Position numbers and translations under genes: made by a program
NCBI GenBank assembly: GCA_043788335.1
Contig: JAYVUD010000266.1
Location: forward strand, 1,332 to 65,331
Length of the DNA stretch: 64,000 nucleotides
Direction: 5' to 3'
Source of the DNA: Chloracidobacterium sp.
GTDB taxonomy: Bacteria > Acidobacteriota > Blastocatellia > Pyrinomonadales > Pyrinomonadaceae
Shown here: piece after piece, positions 36,926 through 47,464 of the stretch
Layout: each line of letters begins with the position of its first letter
How positions within the stretch are numbered: the first letter of the stretch is position 1
The notes under the pieces: generated by a model
Told to the model about the DNA's origin: nothing
The model's input: only the letters and a program-made list of their open reading frames with translations
Database searches by the model: none

Positions 36926-39900
36926 ATGCCCAGACGCGACGACATACATAAGATATTGATCATTGGCTCGGGCCCGATCGTGATCGGCCAGGCTTGCGAA
37001 TTTGATTATTCGGGAACGCAGGCGTGCCGAGCTCTCAAACAAGAGGGTTATGAGGTCGTTTTGGTCAATTCCAATCCGGCCACCATCATGACCGACCCCG
37101 AGATTGCGGACCGGACGTACGTCGAACCGCTGACGCTCGAGACGGCGACCGCGATCATCGAAAAGGAGCGGCCCGACGCTCTGCTGCCGACGGTCGGCGG
37201 GCAAACCGGACTCAATCTGTCGGTCGAACTGTACGAGTCGGGTGTGCTTGAAAAGTACGGCGTCAAGATGATCGGTGCCAACATCGACGCCATCCGAGTC
37301 GGCGAGGATCGCGAACTTTTTCGGGCGGCGATGGATGAGATCGGCATCCAGAGTGCCCGCGGCGGATTTGCCCACACGTGGGAAGAGGCCCGCGGCATCG
37401 TCGACGATATTGGCTATCCGGCGATCATCAGGCCAAGTTTTACGCTCGGCGGCACGGGCGGCGGCACGGCATACAACCCGGACGAATTTGAGGAGATCGC
37501 CAAGGGTGGCCTGGCGGCCTCGCCCAACTCGCAGATACTGGTCGAGGAATCGATCCTCGGGTGGAAAGAGTACGAGCTCGAGGTGATGCGCGACCTCAAT
37601 GACAACGTCGTCATCATCTGCTCGATCGAAAATTTTGACCCGATGGGCGTGCATACCGGCGATTCGATCACGGTCGCTCCGGCACAAACGCTGACCGACG
37701 TCGAATACCAACGTCTGCGCGATATGTCGATCGCGTGTATCCGCCGGGTCGGCGTCGAGACGGGCGGGTCGAACATACAGTTTGCCGTCAACCCCGAGAA
37801 TGGCGACGTCCGCATCATCGAGATGAATCCGCGTGTCTCGCGTTCGTCGGCGCTGGCATCAAAGGCGACCGGATTTCCGATCGCCAAGATCGCGGCCAAA
37901 CTCGCGGTCGGTTATACGCTCGACGAGATACCGAACGACATTACGCAAAAGACGCCGGCGTCATTTGAACCGACGATCGACTATGTCGTCACCAAGATCC
38001 CAAAATGGGCGTTTGAAAAATTTCCGGGAGCCGAAGACGTTTTGGGTACGCAGATGAAATCGGTCGGCGAGGTGATGGCGATCGGGCGTACATTTAAGGA
38101 ATCTCTGTTTAAGGGGCTACGTTCACTTGAGGCTGTTAAACCGTTGCGTTTACAGCATGTTCCGGACGCAGAACTGCAGCGTAAATTGGCTCGTCCAAAT
38201 TCTCAACGGTTCTCTTATATTACCTATGCTCTGCAGAATGGATATACGATCGAAGAGGTCCATCGCCTGACACGGATCGATCGCTGGTTCCTCGACCAAC
38301 TGCAGCAGGTAATGGATCTGCAGTCTGAGATCGACGGCCGTACGCTTGCGGAACTGTCTGATGATACGCTGCGGTCGGCTAAGGAATTTGGGCTGTCGGA
38401 CCGCCGTCTGGTCTTTTTGACCGGTTCGGCAGAGACCGAAATTCGTGAACACCGCAAGTCGCGCGGCATCGTACCGGTCTATAAACGCGTCGATACGTGC
38501 GGTGCCGAGTTCGAATCATTTACGCCCTATCTTTACTCAACCTTTGAACAAGAGTGTGAGGCTAACCCATCTAACCGTAAGAAAATAATGATCTTAGGCT
38601 CGGGGCCAAATCGGATCGGGCAGGGTATCGAGTTTGACTACTGTTGCTGCCACGCGTCGTTTGCACTGCAGGATGCCGATTTCGAGACCATCATGGTCAA
38701 TTGCAACCCCGAGACGGTGTCGACCGATTACGACACGTCGGACCGGCTGTATTTTGAGCCGCTGACATTTGAGGACGTGATGAACATCGTCGACGTCGAG
38801 CGGCCTGACGGGGTGATCGTCCAGTTTGGCGGGCAAACGCCGCTGAATCTCGCTGACCGTCTGCACGCCGCGGGCGTAAATATCATTGGCACGTCACCTG
38901 ATTCGATCGATCTGGCCGAGGACCGCAAGCGGTTTGGCGCGTTGCTCGACAGGCTCAAAATTCCATGTCCGGAAAACTCGAGTGTCACCTCAGCCGAGGA
39001 GGCGAAAGTCGTTGCAAACAAAATAGGTTACCCGATCGTCGTTCGGCCGAGTTTTGTGCTTGGTGGGCGGGCGATGGCGATAGTTTACGATGAGCCGAGT
39101 CTGGACGAATATATGCGTTCGGCGGTTGACGCTTCGCCGGAAAAGCCGATCTTGATCGACAAGTTTCTCGAACGTGCCGCCGAGATAGACGTCGATGCAT
39201 TGGCTGACGCCGAAACGGTCGTCATTGCCGGCATTCAGGGGCACATCGAGGAAGCGGGCATCCACTCGGGCGACTCGTCGAGCGTTCTGCCGGCTCAAAA
39301 GATCGCTCCCGAGCATCTCGAAACGATCCAGCACTACACCGTCCTGCTGGCTAAGGCTCTGAAGGTCGTCGGGCTGATGAACATCCAGTTTGCGATCAAA
39401 GATGACCGCGTTTATGTCATCGAGGTCAACCCGCGTGCTTCGCGGACGGTGCCGTTCGTCGCCAAAGCGACCGGCGTGCCGATCGCCAAGATCGCATCGC
39501 TCGTAATGGCGGGGTACCGGAAACTCGCTGATTTCAACTTGCCGGATGTGCTGACGGTGCCGAAGATCTTTGTGAAATCACCGGTTTTTCCGTTTAAGAA
39601 ATTTGCCGGTATCGACCCGATCCTTGGCCCCGAGATGCACTCGACAGGCGAGGTGATGGGCGTTGGTACGACATTTGGCGAGGCATTTGGCAAGGCGATG
39701 GAAGGTGCAGGGATTAAGCTGCCGCTTGAGGGCCGGGCGTTTATCTCAGTGAATAACGACGACAAAGGCCAGGCCGTGATTCTCGCCCGGCGTCTCAAAA
39801 AACTAGGGTTCAAACTCGTTGCGACGTACGGCACCGCCAATCGCTTGCACGAGGTCGGTTTGGAGTGTGCGTCGGTGTTTAAGGTGAACGAGGGCCGACC

Positions 39901-40156
39901 GAATATCGCTGATCTGATCAAACAGGGCGAGATCGCCCTTATCATCAATACGCCGCTCGGGGCGGCGTCACACTACGACGAAAAAGCGATCCGCAAGGCC
40001 GCACTGCAATTTAACGTACCGTGCGTCACCACCATCACCGGAGCCGAGGCCCTGATCGAAGCGATCGGGACCAAGATGTCGGCGAAACACGTGAAGGTGA
40101 GGAGTTTGCAGGAGATACATTCGTCTCGAATCAATGGTGCCGATAAGTGGAAGTAG
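36926..40156 (+). CDS. carB: carbamoyl-phosphate synthase large subunit
   Basis: 1,076 aa with two ATP-grasp halves ([24 protein letters not shown] and [21 protein letters not shown]) and an MGS-like C-terminus. Confidence 0.97.
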   Translation: MPRRDDIHKILIIGSGPIVIGQACEFDYSGTQACRALKQEGYEVVLVNSNPATIMTDPEIADRTYVEPLTLETATAIIEKERPDALLPTVGGQTGLNLSVELYESGVLEKYGVKMIGANIDAIRVGEDRELFRAAMDEIGIQSARGGFAHTWEEARGIVDDIGYPAIIRPSFTLGGTGGGTAYNPDEFEEIAKGGLAASPNSQILVEESILGWKEYELEVMRDLNDNVVIICSIENFDPMGVHTGDSITVAPAQTLTDVEYQRLRDMSIACIRRVGVETGGSNIQFAVNPENGDVRIIEMNPRVSRSSALASKATGFPIAKIAAKLAVGYTLDEIPNDITQKTPASFEPTIDYVVTKIPKWAFEKFPGAEDVLGTQMKSVGEVMAIGRTFKESLFKGLRSLEAVKPLRLQHVPDAELQRKLARPNSQRFSYITYALQNGYTIEEVHRLTRIDRWFLDQLQQVMDLQSEIDGRTLAELSDDTLRSAKEFGLSDRRLVFLTGSAETEIREHRKSRGIVPVYKRVDTCGAEFESFTPYLYSTFEQECEANPSNRKKIMILGSGPNRIGQGIEFDYCCCHASFALQDADFETIMVNCNPETVSTDYDTSDRLYFEPLTFEDVMNIVDVERPDGVIVQFGGQTPLNLADRLHAAGVNIIGTSPDSIDLAEDRKRFGALLDRLKIPCPENSSVTSAEEAKVVANKIGYPIVVRPSFVLGGRAMAIVYDEPSLDEYMRSAVDASPEKPILIDKFLERAAEIDVDALADAETVVIAGIQGHIEEAGIHSGDSSSVLPAQKIAPEHLETIQHYTVLLAKALKVVGLMNIQFAIKDDRVYVIEVNPRASRTVPFVAKATGVPIAKIASLVMAGYRKLADFNLPDVLTVPKIFVKSPVFPFKKFAGIDPILGPEMHSTGEVMGVGTTFGEAFGKAMEGAGIKLPLEGRAFISVNNDDKGQAVILARRLKKLGFKLVATYGTANRLHEVGLECASVFKVNEGRPNIADLIKQGEIALIINTPLGAASHYDEKAIRKAALQFNVPCVTTITGAEALIEAIGTKMSAKHVKVRSLQEIHSSRINGADKWK

Positions 40157-40291
40157 GTTGTTCCGTTTGAAGGCTCTCTTTTTCTGAGTTTCCTTGTTGA
40201 CTTCAAAATCCAATCCGTGTTTCATAGAAATGCAATTCGAAAGGTAGGACAATAGACCCGTGCCTTTCTTTCGGAAAAAAATCAGTAAACT

Positions 40292-41116
40292 ATGAAAATT
40301 TCACGAGAGATCGTTTTTTGTTTCTATTTTGTTCTTCTTGGTGCGATCACAATCTTCGGCTCGATATCTGCTACGGCGCAGCAAAACTGTAATGTATTCG
40401 ATGACACTCCCCAGCCAATAGAATATTTCAACACGAACACGCTGAACTGCAAAGTTTCCGAGAAAGCGTACCAGGCTGCTTCGGCCATTGTTTTCGGGCG
40501 AAAGCTCAATGTTGCCGAACTGGAGAAATATCTGAGGCACGGAGCAGAACAATTTGGTTCATCCTACAGCCAAAAGTCTTCGGAAGGCATAAAACTCACC
40601 GACGCGATAAATTTCCTCAAGATCGCTTTGGCCAAAAGCAAACCCGAAACACGGGCAGATGTCATCGACCGTGCGTTTATGGAGGCGTATGGCCGCAAAG
40701 CCGACCCGAATGAACAATCAGCGAATGACAGCAAAGTTACCTCTCAAAAGGGCTGGTTTGCCTCGATCATCAACGACGAGATCTATCGGATGAGCAAAGA
40801 TAGCTTTCTGCGAACCGTTATGATTAAGTACGCTTACGCTAATTCGCTGGGTCGCGTTGCAACCACCGCGGAGATCACTTTTTGGGTCCCGCGTTTAGAG
40901 CGGTATCCGCAGATCGTCGAAGGAAATAGAGCGTGGCTATATACAGGAAACGGAGCGCAAGACCTACGTGATGCTACGATCAAGGCGCTCACGATAAAGT
41001 ATTCAAAGAAACCTTCCGAAAATCAAATAAAAAATGCGATCGCATCGTTTTCGAGTAAGAGACTGATATATCCGGAAATGGTCAAATTGGCTAATATCCA
41101 GGGTTACGGCTATTAA
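40292..41116 (+). CDS. hypothetical secreted protein (member 1 of a tandem paralog pair)
   Basis: Signal peptide. Collinear similarity to 41162..42022 (NC.....A..AA...VFG, LTDA..FLK, YGR.., KGW.A.I..DE..RM.KD..LR..M...AY..S.GR, FW..R, W/CYLY). AT-rich. Confidence 0.65.
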   Translation: MKISREIVFCFYFVLLGAITIFGSISATAQQNCNVFDDTPQPIEYFNTNTLNCKVSEKAYQAASAIVFGRKLNVAELEKYLRHGAEQFGSSYSQKSSEGIKLTDAINFLKIALAKSKPETRADVIDRAFMEAYGRKADPNEQSANDSKVTSQKGWFASIINDEIYRMSKDSFLRTVMIKYAYANSLGRVATTAEITFWVPRLERYPQIVEGNRAWLYTGNGAQDLRDATIKALTIKYSKKPSENQIKNAIASFSSKRLIYPEMVKLANIQGYGY

Positions 41117-41161
41117 GGATACGAAGTAGAAATTAATAGATCAGATCGTCGGGAGCCAGCC

Positions 41162-42022
41162 ATGATAAGAAAAAAATCGGAACCTCGGGCCAAATGTTTT
41201 GGCCTTTACCTCAGTTCGTTTTTCGTTTTCATCCTTCTGGGATCCGCTAACACGTTTGCTCAAAAGGACTGCAAGGCTTCGGGCCATGTTGGCGTCGATC
41301 TCAAACTCGACGCTCCCAACACGAATTGCAGGAAAGCAGAGGATGCATTCCTAGCGGCGTTTTCTGTGGTCTTTGGCGAAAATGCAACGGGCGGGAAACT
41401 CGTGGCCCTGATAAACTCGGCCGCCGGTGGTGCCTACGGGCCCGGTTTTCAGAGCAAGTTTGAAAGCGGATTATCATTTACGGATGCTCTTGGCTTCCTC
41501 AAATATATCGTAGCGAATGACGCTTCACAGCAATCGAGGGCCCTGGGCAATGCGATGCACACGGTCTATGGCCGCGATCCTCTGCCGGTCGAAAAAGTCT
41601 CCTGGGACGCAAAGCTGAAGACGGGAAAGGCTTGGTATGCGACGATCGTTAGCGATGAGACAGCCCGGATGAACAAAGATAACTTGTTGAGGGCGACAAT
41701 GTTGATATCAGCGTATCAGCGCTCGTTCGGACGGGACGACACAAAGGCCGAACAGGCTTTTTGGTTGTCGCGGAAGGAGAATTTTGATCAGATGCTCGAA
41801 AAGAACCGATGCTATCTCTATTCTCCGTCGGGTTCCAACGACCTTTTCATGTCGGCTAAAAAGGCTCTTATTCAGACAAAGAAGGTCGTGGCTCCAACGG
41901 ATCAACAGGTAAACGACTATATCAAATCGATCACCCCGAGACATAGCCTTTATTGGGAGATGACGGCTCCCCAGGGTTCTGCCGATAATCTAAAGGAGCA
42001 CAAATTGCTTTGTAGCTATTAG
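41162..42022 (+). CDS. hypothetical secreted protein (member 2 of the tandem paralog pair)
   Basis: See 40292..41116. Signal-like LYLSSFFVFILLGSANTFAQ. Confidence 0.65.
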   Translation: MIRKKSEPRAKCFGLYLSSFFVFILLGSANTFAQKDCKASGHVGVDLKLDAPNTNCRKAEDAFLAAFSVVFGENATGGKLVALINSAAGGAYGPGFQSKFESGLSFTDALGFLKYIVANDASQQSRALGNAMHTVYGRDPLPVEKVSWDAKLKTGKAWYATIVSDETARMNKDNLLRATMLISAYQRSFGRDDTKAEQAFWLSRKENFDQMLEKNRCYLYSPSGSNDLFMSAKKALIQTKKVVAPTDQQVNDYIKSITPRHSLYWEMTAPQGSADNLKEHKLLCSY

Positions 42023-42034
42023 AAAGGAATATCT

Positions 42035-42130
42035 ATGGCAAAGGTATTTTCCACATTCCTGTTTATGGGCTTAAAGGTGGCATCGATGATAGCTGGTGCC
42101 ATTTCTGCTGCTTACGGAACGTCGCGATAA
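42035..42130 (+). CDS. possible 31-aa hydrophobic micro-protein
   Basis: ATG 42035 lies 12 nt after the paralog stop codon, with AAGGA 8 nt upstream. It encodes MAKVFSTFLFMGLKVASMIAGAISAAYGTSR. It is too short for the ORF track. Confidence 0.25.
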   Translation: MAKVFSTFLFMGLKVASMIAGAISAAYGTSR

Positions 42131-42345
42131 CTGGCTACAAGGTAGTCACTTAGTTTTTCGAGTGAAGTTCTTTAAGGGAGCGATCAACTTTAGAAGTTTT
42201 TGGCCCCCTGAATTCGTCGTTCGGGGGCATTTGCCGTTCGGAGGACGTAGGTCTTGCGAAACGATCATAGAATCTTGACCTATCACTCCGATTGCAATAA
42301 CTTTAATGAAAGTTCTTTTTAAGTTTAGCAGGCAAATATCAATAA

Positions 42346-43200
42346 ATGAGTGAATCGCATGACCGCGAGATCATTGGCGGGCATCTGCTCGTGATCGGCG
42401 GAGCAGAAGACAAATATAACGAACGCCGGATCTTGAAAAAGTTTCTCGAGCTTGCGGGCGGCGAAAAGGCGGAAATTCTGATCGTGCCGGTGGCGTCGGA
42501 TTTCCCGGAGTTTGCGGCGGACGTTTATACACAGGCGTTTCGGAATCTCGGTGTCGCCAGTCCACGCGTGTTACGGGCGACGTCGCGGCAGGATGTCGTA
42601 CAGGCGGACGTCGAAAAACTGCTCGACGGCGTGACCGGCGTATTTATGACGGGCGGCGACCAGATGCGTCTGGTGTCGCTGCTCGGCGGAACCAAGATCG
42701 CCGAACGAATGCGGCGGATGGTCCGCGATACCAACGTCGTAATGGCGGGAACCAGTGCCGGAGCGGCGGCGATGAGCACGACGATGATCGTCCGCGGCGA
42801 TGCCAGTTCGCATCCGCACAAAAACGCGGTCAAGCTCTCGCCCGGCCTCGGGTTTCTCAAGAACATCATAATCGACCAGCATTTCAGCGAGCGCGGCCGC
42901 ATCAGCCGCCTTATCACGGCCGTGTCTTACAACCCCTACAATCTCGGCATCGGGATCGACGAAAATACCGCGATCATCCTCGACGGTGAGGGAATACTTG
43001 AGGTTTTTGGCAAAGGGTCAACGACCATTGTTGACGGTTCACAGATCAGTTTCAATGAGATAGCCGAAGTATCTGATAACGAAGCATTTAGCATCTGCGG
43101 CGTGCAGTTTCATGTGCTACGCGACGGCCTGATCTACAACTATTTCGAACGGCACCCGATCCAACCGACAAACGAGTTTCTGCTGCCCGACCTGGGATGA
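42346..43200 (+). CDS. cphB: cyanophycinase (S51 peptidase), no signal peptide
   Basis: LLVIGGAEDK, VFMTGGDQ.RL, AGTSAGAAAMS (catalytic Ser context); 284 aa. Confidence 0.9.
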   Translation: MSESHDREIIGGHLLVIGGAEDKYNERRILKKFLELAGGEKAEILIVPVASDFPEFAADVYTQAFRNLGVASPRVLRATSRQDVVQADVEKLLDGVTGVFMTGGDQMRLVSLLGGTKIAERMRRMVRDTNVVMAGTSAGAAAMSTTMIVRGDASSHPHKNAVKLSPGLGFLKNIIIDQHFSERGRISRLITAVSYNPYNLGIGIDENTAIILDGEGILEVFGKGSTTIVDGSQISFNEIAEVSDNEAFSICGVQFHVLRDGLIYNYFERHPIQPTNEFLLPDLG

Positions 43201-43210
43201 GGCAGGTTAA

Positions 43211-43398
43211 CCGCAGAGTCGCTGAGACGCAGAGGTTTTGAGGGGGGGGGTCGTATGGAAGTCGATTCCGATCGCAATCGAATAAATTGATTGACCGAAA
43301 AGATATATGGTTGTGCAATTGAGGTTCACACTGCTCTCGGGCCGGGACTCGAGAATCGCAAACAACTTCTGAAATCTCTACGGCTCTGCGACTCAGCG
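43211..43398. repeat. inverted-repeat-bounded cassette containing a GxxExxY-protein stub
   Basis: The left arm GCTGAGACGCAGAG (43221..43234) pairs with the right arm CTCTGCGACTCAGC (43384..43397) at 13 of 14 positions. A G9 tract lies at 43242..43250. Confidence 0.7.
43291..43355 (+). pseudogene. remnant of a GxxExxY (PD-(D/E)XK-like) protein N-terminus
   Basis: It translates as LTEKIYGCAIEVHTALGPGLE, matching the family's ..I..a.eVH..LGPGLLE.. block, and then diverges. A stop codon lies immediately upstream. Confidence 0.5.
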
Positions 43399-43411
43399 TT
43401 GAAAAACTATT

Positions 43412-46057
43412 ATGAAGATCCTTGAGACACGAACACTTCGCGGGCCTAATTATTGGAGCGGATACTGGAAAAAGCTGATCATAATGCGCCTGGACATCGG
43501 CGAATACGAAGATCGGCCGACGACGGCGATCGACGGGTTTTATGACCGTATGGTTGCCGCGATCCCGACATTGCTCTCGCACGGGTGCAGTTACGGCGAG
43601 GACGGCGGATTTCTGCGGCGTGTCGAAGAGGGAACGTGGGCGGGCCACGCGATCGAGCATTTCGCACTCGAACTGCAGACTCTCGCCGGCATGGACACCG
43701 GTTACGGCCGGACGCGTGAGACGGACGAAAAGGGCATTTACAACGTCGTTTACAGCTATGTCGAGGAAGAGGTCGGGCGATTTGCCGGGCGTTCGGCGGT
43801 GCGGCTGTGGCTCGATCTGGCGGAGGGCAAAGACCTCGGCGAGATCAAGGCGGGGCTTGCCAATGACATACAGGAAATGCGCGAGATCCGCGAAGACGTG
43901 AGGTTCGGCCCGTCGACCGGCTCACTGGTCGAGGAGGCGATACATCGCGACATTCCCTACATCCGGCTTAACGATCAGTCGCTCGTCCAGCTCGGTTACG
44001 GCGTCCATCAAAAGCGGATCCAGGCAACGACCACGTGCAATACCAATATGATCGCCGTCGATATCGCCGGCAACAAACACGCGACCAAAAAGCTGCTCGG
44101 CGATATGGGCGTACCGGTGCCAAAGGGGTACAAGATACGCGACATCGAGGCGCTCGAGGACACGATAGACAGCGTCGGCTATCCGGTCGTGATCAAGCCG
44201 CTCGACGGTAACCACGGCAAAGGTGCGACGGTCGGGATCCGAACGCTCGCAGATGCACAGATAGCATTTGAAAAGGCAAAAGAATATTCGCGTTGGATAA
44301 TAGTCGAAAAACAGATTATCGGTGCCGATTTCCGGGCGTTGGTCGTCAATAACCGGCTTATCGCCGTTGCCGAACGCGTTCCGGCTCACGTCGTCGGCGA
44401 CGGCAAATCGAGCATTCAAAAGTTGATCGAAAAGACCAATGCCGATCCGCGTCGTGGTTACGGCCACGAAAATGTGCTGACGCAGATCGATGTCGACGGC
44501 CATACGCTGCGTTGCATTCGCAAGGCCGGCTACGAACTGGAAAGCGTGTTGGCAAAGGGCGAAATACTCCATCTTAAAACGACGGCGAATATCTCGACCG
44601 GCGGCACGGCTATAGATGTTACGGACGAGGTGCATCCGGAAAATGTTTTCCTATTCGAACGCATCGCCCGCATCATCGGGCTCGACGTTGCCGGCGTCGA
44701 CGTCATGGCTCCGAATGTCAGCGAACCGCTACGTGAAAACGGCGGCGGCATCATCGAGGTCAACGCAGCTCCCGGATTTCGCATGCATCTCGCCCCGAGC
44801 GAGGGCATCGGCCGCAATGTCGCCGAGCATGTTATAGATATGCTGTTTCCGCCGGGAACGCCCGCCCGCATCCCGATCGTCTCGATCACGGGTACGAACG
44901 GCAAAACGACGACCACGCGTCTGATCGCACACATATTAAAAAACAGCGGACGAACCGTCGGATTTACAACGACAGACGGTACGTATATCGGCAATCAGCA
45001 GATACTGGCGGGCGACAACACGGGGCCGGTCTCGGCGCAGTTGGTGCTCAAGGATCCGACGGTCGACGTCGCGGTGCTCGAAACGGCCCGCGGCGGCATC
45101 ATCCGTTCGGGACTCGGGTTCGACTATTGCGATATCGGCGTCGTGATGAATATCGCCGCCGACCATCTGGGGCTCAAGGACGTCAATACGCTCGAGGATC
45201 TCGCCCGCGTCAAATCGGTCGTTCCGCGTGCGGTCTCGAAACGCGGTTATGCCGTGCTCAACGCCGAGGACGATCTGGTCTATAAAATGCGCGAACTAAC
45301 CGACGGCCACGTCGTGCTGTTTTCGATGGACGAAAATAATAAGAATATTCAGCGTCAGGCCAAACGCAGCCGGATATCGTGTGTCTACGAGAACGGTTAC
45401 GTCACGATCCTTAAGGGCAAGTGGAAGGTCCGCGTCGAAAAGGCTCAGAACATACCGCTCACCCACGGCGGACGAGCCGAGTTTATGATCCAGAACGTTC
45501 TGGCGGCGACGCTAGCGTGCTTTGTTCACGGTGTCTCGCTCGAGGACCTCCGGGTCGGGCTGACGACATTCAACTCGGGTACGGCACAGACACCGGGACG
45601 CCTAAACTTCATGGAGGTCGGCGACGTCACGGTGCTGATGGATTACGCCCATAACCCTGCCGGGCTGAAGGGCCTCGCTAATTTCGTTACGAAATTGCCC
45701 AACAAATACCGTACTGTCGTGCTCAACGGCACCGGCGACCGCCGCGATGAAGACATTCGCGAATTTGGCAAGATCGCGGCCGATACGTTCGAACGGATCG
45801 TCATCCGCACCGGCCACTACCTACGCGGACGCGAACCCGAGGACCTTCATCGCCTGCTGCAGGAGGGCATCGCGATGAGCGAACATACCCCGCAGGTTCG
45901 GGTCATCTCGGATAGCCGCGACGCGATCCACTACGCGATCAAGCACGGACGAAAAGGCGAGCTAGTCGTAACGCTCGGCGACCGCGTACCGGACGATATC
46001 GGTTACGTACAGGAGTATCGGGATATTGTGAATGCGAAAAAGGCTGAAGTTTTGTAG
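43412..46057 (+). CDS. cphA: cyanophycin synthetase
   Basis: MKILETRTLRGPNYWS N-terminus, an ATP-grasp domain, and a Mur-ligase-like domain (ITGTNGKTTTTRL); 881 aa. Confidence 0.95.
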   Translation: MKILETRTLRGPNYWSGYWKKLIIMRLDIGEYEDRPTTAIDGFYDRMVAAIPTLLSHGCSYGEDGGFLRRVEEGTWAGHAIEHFALELQTLAGMDTGYGRTRETDEKGIYNVVYSYVEEEVGRFAGRSAVRLWLDLAEGKDLGEIKAGLANDIQEMREIREDVRFGPSTGSLVEEAIHRDIPYIRLNDQSLVQLGYGVHQKRIQATTTCNTNMIAVDIAGNKHATKKLLGDMGVPVPKGYKIRDIEALEDTIDSVGYPVVIKPLDGNHGKGATVGIRTLADAQIAFEKAKEYSRWIIVEKQIIGADFRALVVNNRLIAVAERVPAHVVGDGKSSIQKLIEKTNADPRRGYGHENVLTQIDVDGHTLRCIRKAGYELESVLAKGEILHLKTTANISTGGTAIDVTDEVHPENVFLFERIARIIGLDVAGVDVMAPNVSEPLRENGGGIIEVNAAPGFRMHLAPSEGIGRNVAEHVIDMLFPPGTPARIPIVSITGTNGKTTTTRLIAHILKNSGRTVGFTTTDGTYIGNQQILAGDNTGPVSAQLVLKDPTVDVAVLETARGGIIRSGLGFDYCDIGVVMNIAADHLGLKDVNTLEDLARVKSVVPRAVSKRGYAVLNAEDDLVYKMRELTDGHVVLFSMDENNKNIQRQAKRSRISCVYENGYVTILKGKWKVRVEKAQNIPLTHGGRAEFMIQNVLAATLACFVHGVSLEDLRVGLTTFNSGTAQTPGRLNFMEVGDVTVLMDYAHNPAGLKGLANFVTKLPNKYRTVVLNGTGDRRDEDIREFGKIAADTFERIVIRTGHYLRGREPEDLHRLLQEGIAMSEHTPQVRVISDSRDAIHYAIKHGRKGELVVTLGDRVPDDIGYVQEYRDIVNAKKAEVL

Positions 46058-46300
46058 CAAGTATGCTGAAATTTTGTAATTCGGGTCCGGCAAAACGATG
46101 TTAAGCGAACTTTTAACGCGGATGAAGAGGAATCGGCACACGTCAAAACACTTCCTGTGAGTGAAAGGAGAATATTGAATCGAAATCAGACAGACGGCCG
46201 TTATGGCATATGGGGACACGACCTAAGTGATCTGGCAATTAGTCGTATTGAGATCTGTAAAAATGAGAGCTCTGAGACGATCCTCTGGCTCGGAATGGAA

Positions 46301-47293
46301 TCATGACTGATATATTTCGATCTTAGGTTTTCCGTTCGCCGTTATATATCCCCGATACATCCCCTCCGAATTGAATTGCACCGTCACGTTGCCGAGAGTA
46401 TCGACGGCGATCAGGCCACCTTCGCCTTTGATCGTTTCGAGATAGTTTATCGTCTCACGGGCAGCCTCTTCTAAGCTCGATCCCTTGTATTTCATACGGG
46501 CCGCGACGTCGTGGGCGGCGAGTGCGAGCATAAAGTACTCGCCATGGCCGGTGCAGGACACGGCACAGGTGCGATCGGCGTATGTGCCGGCCCCGATGAT
46601 CGGCGTGTCGCCGACGCGGCCAAATTTTTTGTTCGTCATCCCGCCGGTCGAGGTTGCGGCGGCGAGGTAGCCGTTTTTGTCGCAGGCAACCGCTCCAACA
46701 GTTCCGATCGGCTTAGGGGACAAGAACCCAGTCGCTACCGCTCCCGGTTCTGACTCGTCACCGCGTCCCTGCGTCTCTGCGGTGGACAGATCCGTATGGT
46801 CTAACTGAACGCGGCCGGCGGCGATCGCCTCTTGAAGTTGGAGCCAGCGGTGTTCGGTAAAGAAATATTCGTCCGTGGCGGTTTCGACTCCCATATCGTC
46901 GGCAAACTGGTTGGCACCGTCGCCGGCGAGCAGGATGTGCTCGGTACGTTCCATCACGAGACGGGCGAGCTTGACCGGATTCTTGACGTTTTTGACGAAG
47001 CTCACGGCACCGGCCCGGAGCAAGCGGCCGTCCATTATGGCGGCATCGAGTTCGTTCTCGCCCTCGTGTGTAAACACCGCTCCGCGCCCGGCATTGAAAA
47101 GCGGAAAATCCTCGAGCGAGCAGACCGCGGCCTCAACCGCGTCGAGCGACGAACCGCCGCTGCCGAGTATCTCCCAGCCGGCGTTTAATGCGTTTTCCAG
47201 GGCACCACGATATTCGTGCTCGAGATCGGGCGTCATATGCGAACTGTGGATCGTGCCCGCGCCGCCGTGTATTGCCAGTGCGATCTTGTTCAT
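46301..47293 (-). CDS. iaaA: isoaspartyl peptidase / L-asparaginase (Ntn hydrolase)
   Basis: IALAIHGGAG and the autoprocessing site GTVGAVA; 330 aa. Confidence 0.9.
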   Translation of the reverse strand: MNKIALAIHGGAGTIHSSHMTPDLEHEYRGALENALNAGWEILGSGGSSLDAVEAAVCSLEDFPLFNAGRGAVFTHEGENELDAAIMDGRLLRAGAVSFVKNVKNPVKLARLVMERTEHILLAGDGANQFADDMGVETATDEYFFTEHRWLQLQEAIAAGRVQLDHTDLSTAETQGRGDESEPGAVATGFLSPKPIGTVGAVACDKNGYLAAATSTGGMTNKKFGRVGDTPIIGAGTYADRTCAVSCTGHGEYFMLALAAHDVAARMKYKGSSLEEAARETINYLETIKGEGGLIAVDTLGNVTVQFNSEGMYRGYITANGKPKIEIYQS

Positions 47294-47305
47294 AGGTATA
47301 TCTTA

Positions 47306-47464
47306 CCGCAGAGACGCTGAGACGCGGAGGAAGAAAAGGGGAGATTTTGGCCGCAGATAAACGCGGATGGACGCAGATCAGGAAAATACACTCAAATTTG
47401 CAGAGCAACATCGTCAGCGATTTTCTGCTGTCAATATGTTCTCAGCGTCTCTGCGACTCGGCGG
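47306..47464. repeat. inverted-repeat-bounded cassette of the CGCAGAGACGCTGAGA family
   Basis: Arms CGCAGAGACGCTGAGA (left) and TCTCAGCGTCTCTGCG (right) form a 16-bp perfect complement about 105 nt apart. The interior contains GCCGCAGATAAACGCGGATGGACGCAGATC, which recurs in part at 59178..59202. Confidence 0.8.

Noticed and set aside
36734-37711. A 325-aa ORF on the minus strand.
   Set aside because: It lies antisense to the unambiguous carB gene and has Arg/Asp-rich noncoding-like composition. This is a typical GC-rich antisense artefact.
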